Source: Podarcis melisellensis (taxonomy: Eukaryota). From it: a stretch of DNA of 64,000 nucleotides. Below are positions 10,220 through 22,546 of the stretch, piece by piece. Within the stretch, counting starts at the first letter, position 1; each line of letters begins with the position of its first letter. The notes under the pieces were generated by a model. The model saw only the letters and a list, made by a program, of their open reading frames with translations, made no database searches and was not told the origin of the DNA. Position numbers and translations under genes: made by a program. The stretch lies in the NCBI GenBank assembly GCA_964234715.1, contig OZ174287.1. The stretch is one strand, 5' to 3'.

Positions 10220-13200
10220 TGTTGTCTCATTAGTAGCTTTTTGTAAACTTATTTGCCAATGGCCAAACTGGGAAATGCACAACTGAAGAAATAGCACACT
10301 ATCTTTTATTTTATTTTATTTTTTCAGTTGTTGCCGTTTAAAGCTATAATGGGGTCAGGGTGGCATCAACAGATCACCTCTCCATCAAACATGAACTGGA
10401 CAGCCTTCTAAATTAGGTGCTTTTAAAGCTGGATACAATTTAGTGGGCTAGAGAGGATAATAACTGGAGGGGAATCTACTGGCTGATACTGACAGACCTT
10501 TTTTTTAAAAAAAAATTTAAAACCCCACAACAAATAAAAAGGCCAGATCCCCAACCATCCCCTAATCATCTGTCCTTTCATCCCTTTGTTAAAAATAACA
10601 TTCTTATAGATGTTCTTGCCTTCCTAAACTCTCCTGCATGGATATGGTTGGCAGAAATCTGTTTTAATTCGTGTCTTGTGTCTTGTCTCCTGAGCACAAT
10701 ATCAGCTGGTCCGTGGTGAAAAGTTAAGCTACCCCTTCACCAAATCACCAGTTGTCTCTCTTGTTCTATCTTTCCCACGTCTATCTCTGGTGCCAACGAC
10801 GACCTTTTCTTCGTAAGCTTGCTAATCCATCACCAAACTCCTGTTACAGTGAGATAAATAACGCAGCAAGACAGCTTTAAGAGCTGGGAAACGATTGCTT
10901 TTTTATTTCCCTAGGTGCTTGCGGGTGTTTGTTTCTTACTTAGGCTCTGTGTAACATTTGCCAGATTCGTTAATCACAGTTGTAAAGGTGTAACTGGATT
11001 GTACGGTGCCCTTCTATGCAGAGTTCTTAACCTGCTGGGACAAAATCAGTAGTTTGCATTGCCCCAATGGGATTTAGCCGCTTCTTAATCTTCCCACATA
11101 ATGGGGACAAGGCTCCACTGTGTCAGTAAGAAAACTGGATGGTGGTGGCTTGTACGTTCTCACTGTCAACTCTGGGGCTCATAGCTCGTATCTCTGGGTG
11201 GCCCCCTCTTCGGGTGGCATTTTTTCCTACACAGATCTCTGTGCTCTTGTTAGTGAAACGGTGATTTTGAAAAAAGTAGGAATAGATGGGCTGTTCTTTA
11301 ATATCGCCACCGCGAACTGCACTTGTTATGGCCTTTTCTTGCCATGCGCGGTGATAAGATTTGCTTTTTAATGTATACAGTAGACCTACAACTTATTCCG
11401 GGGATTGTGCATAAACCCAAAATCACATATAGTCAAAACGCATTGGGTGCAATAGCAGGTGGAATTGCCAAAGTTCCCCCCGCCAATGCCCCCCCCTTTT
11501 AACATCTTTCCCCACCAAGTGCGTAGAGGGTGGAGAGGGGAGCAAGTTAAATGTGCATAAGTTGCAGGTCTAGTGTACTGCATCTCCCAGCAAGGAGCTA
11601 CTTTAAAAGGGGAAGGGATGATTGTGAGGCTGGGGCTCATTGCCAAATAATTGGTGTGTAACGTGGACTTTTGATGGATGGTGAGGGGGAACCTAGAGCT
11701 ATCCAAGTCTCTCCATCTGGGAAAGGAGGGGAGGTTTTAATATGTTAAGGAGCTCAAAGGAATTCAGTTGAGTTTCCCAGAAACTGAGTAGAGTCGAGTC
11801 AGTCGGGAGGGAAGCTCCGATCCCCTAGAATGTCTAGACAGAGAAGTGCAATTTCTGGCCCTCCCCATGTTTGGAGTCTGGCATCATGGCCAATGGCCAG
11901 AGAAAATGGGAATTGTAGTTCAGTAACATCTGGAGGGCCGCCAGTTCCCACTCAGTCTAAAACGCTCAGTCTCTGCTGAAGTTGTTTTGGGGTGAGGAGG
12001 TAGAGGACCCACAATCAAGCCCCACCTCCTGCTTCTCTCGAAAATCTTAGCCATATAATGCCCCACAGTAGCCGCCTAAAACCAGAATCTATGAGGTCTG
12101 TCACAGAAAGCAGAGGGTAGAATCCCCACGACCCTCTACAATGAGCTCTAACTGCTTGGGCTTGCTGGATACGATCTGCAGCCGCCATTTATGGGGATTA
12201 CTCAAACACATTGGTCTTCAGTGAATATGCACTGGGATCCAAAAGAGCAGTGGGTTGCTGGAGGAGGAGGCAAGTAGAAATATAGGTGGGGTGGAAAAGA
12301 AGGGGGGGGAGAGGCGGGAAGTATATCTACGCTACCATCTAATAAATTTATTCCAAAGCTTGTTTCACTTTAATAGCTTTCCCACTCCCCAATCCTGGCA
12401 ACTGTAATAAAGTGTTGATTGATTGTTGTTTGGGGGGGGGGGAATAACCTCTGTAGGACTTCTCTACCCAATGCCATGTACACTACAACTCCCAGGGGCT
12501 CCCTGGGGAAAAGGAATTACTGTTAAACCACCCTATCTGCAATGTGGATTTGCTCCAGAGAGAGGAGGGGGGGTGTGCACATCCTGAAAATTGCGCAGGA
12601 CAAAGCGAAAGCTGGGACCAGAGTTGGAGAAGGTTGTGGTTGTAGGAGACTGAGGAGCCTTTTAATTGGAGAGCTGGAATTCCTGTGGATTCCTTCTCTG
12701 AAGGGAGTGGGCAGTTCATTGGTTTTAAAATATATTTCCTGTTTTATGCCTTAACTTATTGCGTAACCTCAAGTTGTTGTCCTCTCTCACTGTGGACTCT
12801 CCCTCTTTTTTTAAAAAAAAGGGAAATGTGAAAAATGATTTCCTGCAGTGACCGTGTGTCTCTGATATATGTCATTCCAAGCATGCATGAACAAGGTCCA
12901 GCCACAGACTGCAAGAGAGATGAGGGCTGGACTCTGATCTCTGTTCCCTTTGGGAGGGCAAAAGCTTTCGTTGTTATCCTCATTTATTCACCCCACCCCC
13001 CCAGATCTAAGCCTGAACCCTAGGTCATAGATGTCGCTGCCTTTTCGCAATCCCTTTGATCAAGGCAGCAAGAGGGTTCTATATGTACATTTATTATTTT
13101 ATAATAGCTCATTTTATGGATTCCTGTGTAAGAAAATGTCTATGTAGCATCTCTCCCTTCTCGAAATCATGTTAATTTTGATCCTACGTAGCATAATATT

Positions 13201-14256
13201 TGTACAGCGACCAAAGTGTTTGATATCTCTTGTAATTAAAAGCAAACTAGTTTCGGATATTTTTCTCTGTCCTTCCCTCAATCCCTCTTCACGATCTCAA
13301 TTCCCTACAGCACTGATTGTTGGGTTGGTCAATGTGGGCTGAGTCCAGCACAACAAGTTGATTCACTAAATTTTAATACCTTATTATATATATATATTTA
13401 AACTCCTTCAAGATTCTCTTGCAACCAAGCGATATATAAATTTTGTTAAACAAATAAATAGCATTTCCATGGGGATTACACCAACTGCTGTTTGCTGGCG
13501 CAATCCAATGTGGGTTGCCTACCAATGGGCGTATCCAGACAATTACAACTGATCCAGTTAATTACTGTGCTTCCATTTTAGTTATCTATGCATATACGCC
13601 CAAAATTGATTAGATCTCATTGTTCAAATGAGATCTAACCCTTTCACTGAAAGAATATATGGCTCTGCCTTATGCTGACCCAGATTGGTGGTCCATCTAG
13701 TTCAGTTCTCTCTACCCTGAGTGGCATCTGTGCTCCGAGGCCTCGAGGAGAGGGGTCTTTCTCTAGCCTGTTATTACCCACCCCCCCAAAAAAACCTTTT
13801 AAACTGGTGACATCAAGGAGTGAACCTGGAACCCTATGGGGATGTAGAGCTTGAGCTCTGGCAGTGAGTTAATGTTATTGCTCCCATCTTTGCCAGCCAT
13901 CTTCTTCCTTAGGTCTAGCATGGCACACAGGGTATTTTGCCCCACTTTGCCTCTTGTCTTGCCTGCATTTGCAAGGCAAGGTGATGTGGTGAGGATTGGG
14001 AAGTGAGAAGACTTTGGAGTCCTCGAATGCTTCTACAGTGATCTTCAGTTGTGCAACCTTATCTAAATCAGAGCGCTATCTGAACATGCATGGCAGGAAG
14101 GTTTGTTTTGTTTTGTTTTATTGCATTGCACTCAGGGGCAACATGCCTCTTAATTAACATTTCCTCCTGTTTCATCTTGGCACTGCCATCCTGCAGCATC
14201 TTGGAAGCGTTCTTTAGGAAGAGTTAAGCAGAACTGGTGGCAAAGAGAGTAAAAGA

Positions 14257-14567
14257 TAAAGGGACCCCTGACCATTAGATCCAGTCGTGGCCGACTCCGG
14301 TTGTGGCGCTCATCTTGCTTTATTGGCCGGCGTACAGCTTCTGGGTCATGTGGCCAGCATGACTAAGCTGCTTCTGGCGAACCAGAGCAGCGCATGGAAA
14401 CGCCGTTTACCTTCCCGCTGTGCTTTGACGTGCTTTCGAAGTGCTAGGTTGGCAGGAGCAGGGACCGAGCAACGGGAGCTCACCCTGTCACGGGGATTCG
14501 AAACGCCGACGTTCTGATCGGCAAGTCCTAGGCTCTGTGGTTTAACCCACAGCGCCACCCGCATCCC
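14257..14567 (-). mobile_element. Sauria SINE
   Basis: Reverse complement of the family at 5238; 12-bp TSD TGGCAAAGAGAG (14238-14249 / 14569-14580). Confidence 0.9.
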
Positions 14568-16717
14568 TTGGCAAAGAGAGAGAGAGAGAGCTGTAAAAAA
14601 ATAATAACTTATTCAGAAAAATATAGCAAAAAAATGCCAGTTCTTCAGTTCTATCTCTTGGTCAAATGTTGGTGTGACCAAGGAAGCAAACACAATGTAG
14701 GGGTAGGCATATAGGGAAAGACAGTTCTCAATAGTGTTTGTTTCAGTTCTATTGTAGGAAGTAGAAGTGCTGAAACAGAGAGAGAGCGAGAGTGCACATG
14801 GCACAAATCTTTGGGGCTGAAGGCAGTTGAGGCCACCAACTGGTGGAAGCTACAGCAGGTTTGGGACTCTTAGATGCCTGGATGGGTGGCCAGCCGGTAA
14901 CCGCACAAACACCTCCTTGGGTTTCATGACAGAAGAAAGGCAGGATATGCGCATATGAAGATAAATAAAACCTGTTTTCTCAGCACTGAACCAGATCACC
15001 AGAGGCATGTTTAACCCCCTCTTCCCTCTGCCAGGGATACCTTTTTTACTTTTCTCTCCCATAGGAGAGGATGTGCTGCACTGGGGGGCATTGGGGCATA
15101 GTCCTCCTGCAAAGCGTATGGTATACCGCAGAGCTACATCCCCCCTCCCAAATAAGCACAGTTTAAAAATAAATACTCTTAAGAAGGCAGAGCAGGGATC
15201 TTGCAGTTCCCAAACACACACAGGGTCAGGGTGCCACAGTCTTCCCCACTATTGTATTTCTATTTAACTTAACAGTCGTTTCTAGTCTTTCATCTGTGTA
15301 CATATAAATCAGCATACACATTTTTTTAAAAAAATGCTAATATGCCAACTTTTCCCTCTTTTTGTCAGGGGGAGGCCATGTGTGAGTGGCCACTTAACTC
15401 CTGTCTGTTTCTCATTCCACTTTGCTGGCCTAACAGAAATATTTACATGTTTACCACACAGATATTTATATCTTCATCTTAATGTTTCTGGAATCTGGGC
15501 ATATCGAGTTATCATCTGGGGCAGAAAACCCCCACAAGCGTTTCTTCCCCCCCACCCCCAGCAGTAACAATCCACATTTATTTATTATTTAGAAAACAAT
15601 TTGCTGCCCTGTCATTGCTGCCTGAGACGGCTGCCAGAATGCTTTGAAATAAGAAGACGAAGTCGTCTAGAACGCTTATTGCACGTTTTGCGAGGGGCCA
15701 AGTTTTGCATTGAGCCCAGCAAAACGGGGCACCTTCTCCAGCTTGCTGACGCTGCGATTTAGCTTTCGCCACAGAACAAGGAAAGTCAGAGGCTCTTATT
15801 TTCCAGCAATGGGGACCAGATCAAAGTGAAAGCATTTGCGGATCATGCTCCCTACCCCCAGTCCCCTCCTCCTTGCCCGTCAGTAGACTCCAGCTGTAAC
15901 ACATCTCTGGAGCCTTATCTAGGACTCTGGTGCCTCTGTTTGCTGGACGATCCCAGCTGTGAATTTCCTGCCAGGGGATAAACAGATCAGGGGCCCTCGC
16001 TGACACAATCCAGGCCTGACAGGATAAAGGAAACCATTGCAAAGGCAACTTGTGAAGCACACCAGCTGGGAGATACATGGATGGGAGTCCAGCCGTCAAA
16101 TTCCCTCTTCACACAGCCCTTCTCCAGTTGGTGGAAGTCTCTGATCCTGGGCTCAAAAATGCCTTACAGAAAATGTGTTTGCATTTTCCTCTAGAGGGTA
16201 CAGATGCAGCCCCTGATGCAGAATCCACACCATATATTAAAAAAAAAAACACTATAGTGCCATTTTAAAAGTCATAAGGGATATGGAGGGGCAGGGCTCT
16301 AGTTTGCTAAAAGTGCTGGGAAGGAACTGTAGCTGCATTGGCAGCAAAATGATTGGGAGTTGTCTGCTCTGTGGTGGGTAGACTACAGTCCCCAAGGTTC
16401 TTTAGGGAGGATGTCCTTTGATGGATGGCACATACAGAGCCGCCTCTGTATAAGTTCTACAATGGCAACCCTAAGACCAAGGAGGAAGTTGGTAGGCAGT
16501 GCCACCCCTTGGACTGGTTGAGATGGGTGGGGCAGGGTCTCACTTGCCCTAGGGAAGCAGCCTCCACTGCCTGGGTAAATGAAGCAGTAGCGCGCGCGCA
16601 CACACAAACACGCCCCACTACACACTAATTCTACTCATGTAGCCCATTGCATTATCTATTGCACTTTGGTTATTGCATACAGCTGCCATTCAGGTATTGG
16701 CAACGTTAAGTTGTGGG

Positions 16718-16944
16718 TGAACATATCAGACGACACAGCGATTCTTCAAACAGCTCTTGTTTATTCAGAGGCCAGAACTGAACTGAAGGGTTCAGTCAGC
16801 CTGCTTATATAGAGCTCCAGTACACATAATTGTAACAACTTTCTAAAACTATCCAATCACTGAATGTCACTTTCAATCCCTTATTTGCATAACTATCTAC
16901 AGTATCCCTCTGCTGGCCCAAGGTGAGAACTTCAGTACATAACA
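16718..16944 (-). mobile_element. Solo LTR (TGTTATGTACT family)
   Basis: TG...CA ends; minus-strand TATA-like box and AATAAA; same terminus AGTACATAACA as the element at 49405-49702; TSD not clear. Confidence 0.55.
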
Positions 16945-17555
16945 GGTAACTTAAACTGGTTGGTCTACAAGGTTAAATACAGCTGCCTGGCAGGCTGCTG
17001 AACACAGGCCTGCAACAGGGCTTCTCCTAGTCTGTAAGTAAGGGGTGGGAAGGCAGGGATGGGGACCTGCAGTCCTTGCCCTGATTTCATGCATGTGGCA
17101 AGGGGAGGGTGGCAGAGAAAATGGGTGGGGAAAGAAGGGGAAAGGGTGCATTCTTCCCCCACTTGGCTTGGATCCTGGATGCCTGCCAGCATGCAGCCAT
17201 GGCAGATAACCCCAAGTGAGTGTGGCTCTTGACAGGGAAGTGGGGGGGGGAGCGTTCAGTTAATGTCCTGCACTTGCATACAAAACTCACACCGCCCAAA
17301 TACTGAATGGGTTCAGTTCTCTAGGACAGGGCACAGCAGGAGCAGGTGGGACCCAGGGTGCTTCACATCCTTGTGAGTAACGTTAATTCATCTTAATAAA
17401 TCCGGAATACGTGCCAATTCCAGCTCTGGAGCTAGAAAGCACTATTGCAGCTTTTAGCCTCTGCTCTTTACCAAACAAAAGTGGGCACAGAGATTGGCAC
17501 GGTTCAAGACTGACATAAGGCGACCAGGTGACAAATCAGGTGTACAATGTAGAAG

Positions 17556-17688
17556 TGTGTGTATCTGAAGAAGTGTGCATGCACACGAAAGCTCATACCA
17601 AGAACTAACTTAGTTGGTCTTTAAGGTGCTACTGAAAGGAATTTTTTTTGTTTTGACTATGGCAGACCAACACGGCTACCTATCTGTA
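17556..17688 (+). mobile_element. Penelope-like element pLTR fragment
   Basis: 10-bp TSD AATGTAGAAG (17546-17555 / 17689-17698); typical reptile Penelope end CTGAAGAAG...CACGAAAGCTCAT...TTTAAGGTGCTAC...GCAGACCAACACGGCTAC. Confidence 0.75.
17561..17598 (+). ncRNA. Minimal type I hammerhead ribozyme motif
   Basis: GTAT-CTGAAGA-A-GTGTG(CATG)CACAC-GAAA-GC-TC-ATAC: core boxes, stem II, stem I GTAT/ATAC and palindromic AGCT helix III. Confidence 0.6.
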
Positions 17689-18779
17689 AATGTAGAAGCG
17701 GGTTATTCTTGCCCCACATCCTCTGCGACAGGCCCCCCAACTCAGCCAGTAGTGCGCAGCATATGCATTGGAAGCGTCAGCGGCATCTTACAACTGCTAT
17801 GGGGGCACCATCTTGTCTTAAGATGGCGGTTGCTCCAATCAACTGCACCTGCGTGTTGAGGGAGGAAGGACTGGCTCTGTCCAACAGGCAGCAGAAGTGG
17901 CCAAAGGGCCTATGGGGCAGCAAACGATGAGGCCATCTCCCCCTGGCAGCCCAGGCTCAGAAATACTCCTGGCTCATGGGGAAATCTTTCAAGATGGAAC
18001 AGAGGTCCACTCCTGGCCTTGGTAGTGCAGGTTCTGAGTACAGATGGGACTCCCTTTGCCCCTAGTTTCCCTCAGTCGCTTCTCCTTTCCCCTCACGTAA
18101 CCTCATAAAATGATCCCTGAGGATAGGAGGAGTGGCAGCCGGGAAAATCCCTGAAGAGGAAATGCAGCTAATTACAGCAAAATGGGTGCAGTTGTTTTGG
18201 GCCTGGGTATCGACGTTAATTTTCAACCAAGGCCTAAAGCAGGGGTAACCAATGTGGTCGTCCCTCACCCCACAACGTGACAGGACTACAACTCCCATAA
18301 TTCCTCCTATGTTTGCTGGCCATGCTGGCTCAGGGGTTGATGGGAGGCGTAGTCCAACAACATCTGGAGAGCATCACTTGGTTACCTCCGGCCTAGTTGG
18401 TCCACGTTGGAGGATCCTTTGGTTAAGAAATGCTCCATGGGATGGTGGGGGGGGGGGGGCAATTCAAGGCGCCCACCCTCCATGGCACCAGGGCCCAGGG
18501 GGCTCTCCTCAGTGGGTGTGACATATGGCCCCTCTTTTAGCACCTTGTGCGCTGCCACTCCTTGTACCAGCTTTGTTCAAGGCGGTGCTGTTTTCTTTAA
18601 AAGCAAACCAATATACAGTGCGTGCCAGGGCTCAAACCGGTCTGGGAACACCACCTGCCGCCTTTGTGAAACCTTTTTATCCTGAGTGTGGGAATTGGGT
18701 GTAATTACTCGGGGGAGAAGAAATGGCACTCTGCCCATGCTCGGGGGCACCTTCCTTCCTTATTTTCTTTTTTCCCCCC

Positions 18780-19088
18780 TCTGCGCGCCAAGCTCGAGTC
18801 CCAGCGCAAATTAAACCCTGGTGGAAGGATTCCAGCCTGCGCGGCGCGTCTTAAAAATAGAAAGCTAAGGGAGGATAGCGTGGGGCCTTCGCCCTCTGCT
18901 GGCTGTGGGTGCAAATGGTTGCAGCACTTTGCAAAAAAATAATAACAACAGAGGATTGTGGGATCGCGAGCTTCCTTCTTCTGTCGTTGCACGCGAGGAG
19001 GCGGCGGCGTTGAGCTGTCGTTCCTGGAAGCAGAGTCGGGGAGTGGCACACCCAGCCCACGAAGTCCCTGGAAGTCTGTCGGGCCACG
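18780..19088 (+). promoter_or_regulatory. LENG9: LENG9 CpG-island promoter and non-coding exon 1 ending at ACG|GTAAGT (19088/19089)
   Basis: CpG-rich, ATG-free leader, perfect donor; matching acceptor ttttctttcttccatag| at 21098, 20 nt before the ATG. Confidence 0.65.
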
Positions 19089-19374
19089 GTAAGTGGTGTC
19101 TCGCCCCGTCCTTAACTCGCCTGCCCTTTCTTTCTTTTTTTACTTAAGGCTCAGAAGAGGGTCGATTTAGGAGCTGCGAGACCTGGGTTCTGATCCTCCC
19201 ACCGGGCCATGAAACTCACCGGTTGACGCTGGGCCAGTCAGTGCCTTTCCGCCCAACAACAGCGAGCCGCATGCTGAGTCGATGCAGGAGGAGCTTCCCA
19301 TAAATGCTTCGCTTCATTCCATTAAGAGAGCTTCCAGACGAACGGGGCATTAAGGTTGTGCTGTTTTTTTTTAG

Positions 19375-19585
19375 TGCAAATGCCCTCCCACCAGATGTCA
19401 AGGAAATAAACAGCAATCTGACTTTTAGAAGACATCTGAAGGTAGCCCTGTTTAGGGAAGTTTCTAATGTTTGGTGTTTTATCCTGTTTTTAATATTCTG
19501 TTGGGAGCTGCCCAGAGTGGTTGGGAAAAGCCAGCCAGATGTGTGGGGTATAAATAATAAATTATATTATTATTATATTATTATT
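19375..19585 (+). mobile_element. L2 LINE 3' fragment
   Basis: Encodes NALPPDVKEINSNLTFRRHLKVALFREV (L2 ORF2 end), then GGGGTATAAATAAT(TAT)n tail; related tail at ~50548-50700. Confidence 0.7.
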
Positions 19586-19745
19586 CTGACCCACCAATCT
19601 CAGTCTGCCCTCAGCCAGCCGCCACTTGCCTTCTTTCTTCCTTAAAAACAGTCCAGGGCATGGCACTGGCTTTAAGTTTGTTCCTCCTGCACTTTCAGTA
19701 TTGCCTTTTGTAGAACAGAAGCAGGAGTGCGGGGGACTTGAATTA

Positions 19746-19971
19746 CAGTGGTACCTTGGGTTACATACGCTTCAGGTTACAGACTCTGCTAACCCAGTAA
19801 TAGTGCTTCAGGTTAAGAACTTTGCTTCAGGATGAGAACAGAAATTGTGCTCCGGCGGCACGGCAGCAGCGGGAGGCCCCATTAGCTAAAGTGGTGCTTC
19901 AGGTTAAGAACAGTTTCAGGTTAAGAACGGACCTCCGGAACGAATTAAGTACTTAACCTGAGGTACCACTG
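19746..19971 (+). mobile_element. Tc1/mariner (Tigger-like) MITE
   Basis: TA TSD, CAGTGGTACC TIRs, near-identical to the copy at 7346. Confidence 0.85.
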
Positions 19972-21118
19972 TAGTTGGCTCCACCTGTCATTGTCTTGAT
20001 TTACAGCTGCTTTCCTTGCTTTCCATCCTACTAGCCTAAATGGACCCTGCTATTCACCCGTGATCTCACACTTTCCCGCTTTCTCTTTTCAATTCTGCCT
20101 CTTGCCAGGCACACCGATTAACACACCTTGCCGATATGTCTCAGGTCTGTTATTTTGCCCCTCCCTCTACTGTTACCGTTCTGAGCATGCGCACAAGTGC
20201 TTCTGTCCCTGTGCATCACATCACATATTTTCTTTTCTTTTAAACCACCACCACCACCAGTATTTTCCAGGAAGGGCACGAGAGCAAACATTACCCAACC
20301 GCATGGAGTTGTTATCTTGTTTCACAATGGACAAGATCACCTCCACCAGCAGCATCTCTCATATTATATTGCTCTTTTATTTTGATACTAATTGTAAGTA
20401 AGCAGCTTTGGAGGGGAAATCACTCTTGGTTGAATGTCAGGGTATAGATGTGATCATTAATATATGTATACACACACACAGACACACACACACACACAAT
20501 AAAATTTAAATCTGATCTACAGAGACCACTGAATGCAAGGTTTTGTGGGTGAGCAGTGTCGCACCTCCTCTTGTTTTTGAAGCCTTACAGGCCCCTCCCC
20601 AGGTGTTGTTGTTTTAAGGTGGTTGTGGTGACTTTGAGGCAGAGAATCCCTTCCTGGTTCAAGCCCCTACATTTCATAAGACACACCTAAGGGAGAGATT
20701 GCTGTCCGGTTGCTACACCTACAGAACCAATTGTCATCATCTTAGTTGATGTGTTTGACCACATTCCTTTCCCACCTAGTGTTCAAAGTTCACATGTATT
20801 TGCTCAGCCATCCACCTAACATGCCTGTAAATGCATGTCGATATTGCCTTCGTTGTGCTCACAGGTGCGGGTGGATTTAAACCAGACACTTCCTGGTTCA
20901 TAATTCCAACTCTTCAGCAGCACCCTGTGCAAACTTGGTCCCTCATTTCGTTCCCGTTTTTAAAGAACAGCATACCACTTCCCAGGCTCTGATTATTCCT
21001 TAAAGCTGCCCTCCTTATGACCCACTGTCCCAGGAACAGCATGTGAGAACTGGTTACAGTAAAATTCCGTCTTCTAAATAATTTTCTTTCTTCCATAGAG
21101 TAATTCCCATTTTTAGCT

Positions 21119-22546
21119 ATGGCTGAACTGGTTCCCTCCCCTGAGGACTCTCCCACTGACCTCTGTTCTGATACCCCTGTGGAACCACTGGCAGCCCCCG
21201 ATTCTCTTCCAACTGAGCAATCCCTTGCTGAGATCGACCTCCCTTGCCGCTTTTTCCTAGAAGGTCGTTGCCGCTTTGGTTCCCGCTGCCGGAACAGTCA
21301 CCCTGGTGACATGGGAGCTGCTCCTCGTTCAGAAGATGGTGGATCCAACTGCAGTCGTTCTCCACAAGGCAAGAAGCCCCCCATGAAGACTGCGGAGGAT
21401 GTTATCTCTCGTCTCCTCTGGGACCCCCAGCTGCCTGCTGAACATTTTTCTATCGGTTACCTCGATCGGTTCCTGGGGGTATTGGAAGAGCCTTTTACTG
21501 CTTTCTCCTGGGAGGACCTGGCTTCAACTGGGCCTGGCGTGCTGGCTATCCCCAAACATAGGATCCACTATTTCAAATACAAGACTCGCATGGTGTGGGA
21601 CAAGGTGAGCCGCACAGACGACGTCTTTGGGTCTACAGGAAGTGGGAGAACCATCTTGGAGGTGATGAAGGAAGTCGACGAGGCAGCCAGAACCATTGAG
21701 GAAAAGGCTCAGGACCATCCTTCAAATGGAGACAGAGAAAGGGAGATGGGAGGTGTTGGACCAGGGGCAGCTAGAGGCAGCGGAGAAGAGGCAGTCAGTG
21801 GTTCAGCCAGAGAAAAACAGGTGGCCGAGACAGCTGACAGACAGGATGAGCTGGATAATTTGGATGCCTTCAGCATCACAAAGGAAAATGACCCAATAGT
21901 GGAAGAGGAGGAAAACACGGCTTTGCAGAGCAGGAAGGTGGGACACCTTCCGCATCGCAAACAGCGTCCCACCCATTTCATAGCTATCCAAGTCACCAGT
22001 CGAGAGACCTGGGAAGCTGTGAAACTCTTCCAAGGCGCCCTCTCCGAGGTTCAGCCAGGCCTAGAAGAGTTCTATACCCCTTTGCCTACTCTGCACATCA
22101 CACTGTGTCTGCTGCACTTAGATACCTCGGAACACATTTGCAAAGCTGTTACGGCACTCCAGGAACTGCAAGCCAACAGCCAGCGCCTGCTGCCCCCTGC
22201 CTTGCTTCTCTCCTTCCACAAGGTTGAAGCTTTCCATTCTCGTGTGCTTTACTTGTCACCAGCACCTACACCTGGGCTGGGATCACTGGCCCGGACTTTG
22301 GAGGATGCCTTTAACAAGAAGGGCTTGGCAGTGATTCCTCCTCCGGACAAAGACAATTTCCACTTGACCATGGTGAAGATCCCACGGGCAAAGGCAGATC
22401 TACGGCTGCCAGTAGATTCCTCATGGATTCCAACTGTTAATGATTTAGGAACACAGGCTGCAGAGGCATTATGTCTGTGTGAGGTTGGAAAAGGTAGGAG
22501 GACTGACGGGTTTTACACCACGGTTCTGAAAATAGATCTATACTGA
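21119..22546 (+). CDS. LENG9: Leukocyte receptor cluster member 9, 475 aa: CCCH zinc finger, MJ1316 domain and AKAP7-like 2H phosphoesterase
   Basis: CRFFLEGRCRFGSRCRNSH; TAEDVISRLLWDP...GYLDRFLG...IPKHRIHYFKY; RPTHFIAI...LHITLCLL...FHLTMVK; convergent with LENG8. Confidence 0.95.
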   Translation: MAELVPSPEDSPTDLCSDTPVEPLAAPDSLPTEQSLAEIDLPCRFFLEGRCRFGSRCRNSHPGDMGAAPRSEDGGSNCSRSPQGKKPPMKTAEDVISRLLWDPQLPAEHFSIGYLDRFLGVLEEPFTAFSWEDLASTGPGVLAIPKHRIHYFKYKTRMVWDKVSRTDDVFGSTGSGRTILEVMKEVDEAARTIEEKAQDHPSNGDREREMGGVGPGAARGSGEEAVSGSAREKQVAETADRQDELDNLDAFSITKENDPIVEEEENTALQSRKVGHLPHRKQRPTHFIAIQVTSRETWEAVKLFQGALSEVQPGLEEFYTPLPTLHITLCLLHLDTSEHICKAVTALQELQANSQRLLPPALLLSFHKVEAFHSRVLYLSPAPTPGLGSLARTLEDAFNKKGLAVIPPPDKDNFHLTMVKIPRAKADLRLPVDSSWIPTVNDLGTQAAEALCLCEVGKGRRTDGFYTTVLKIDLY

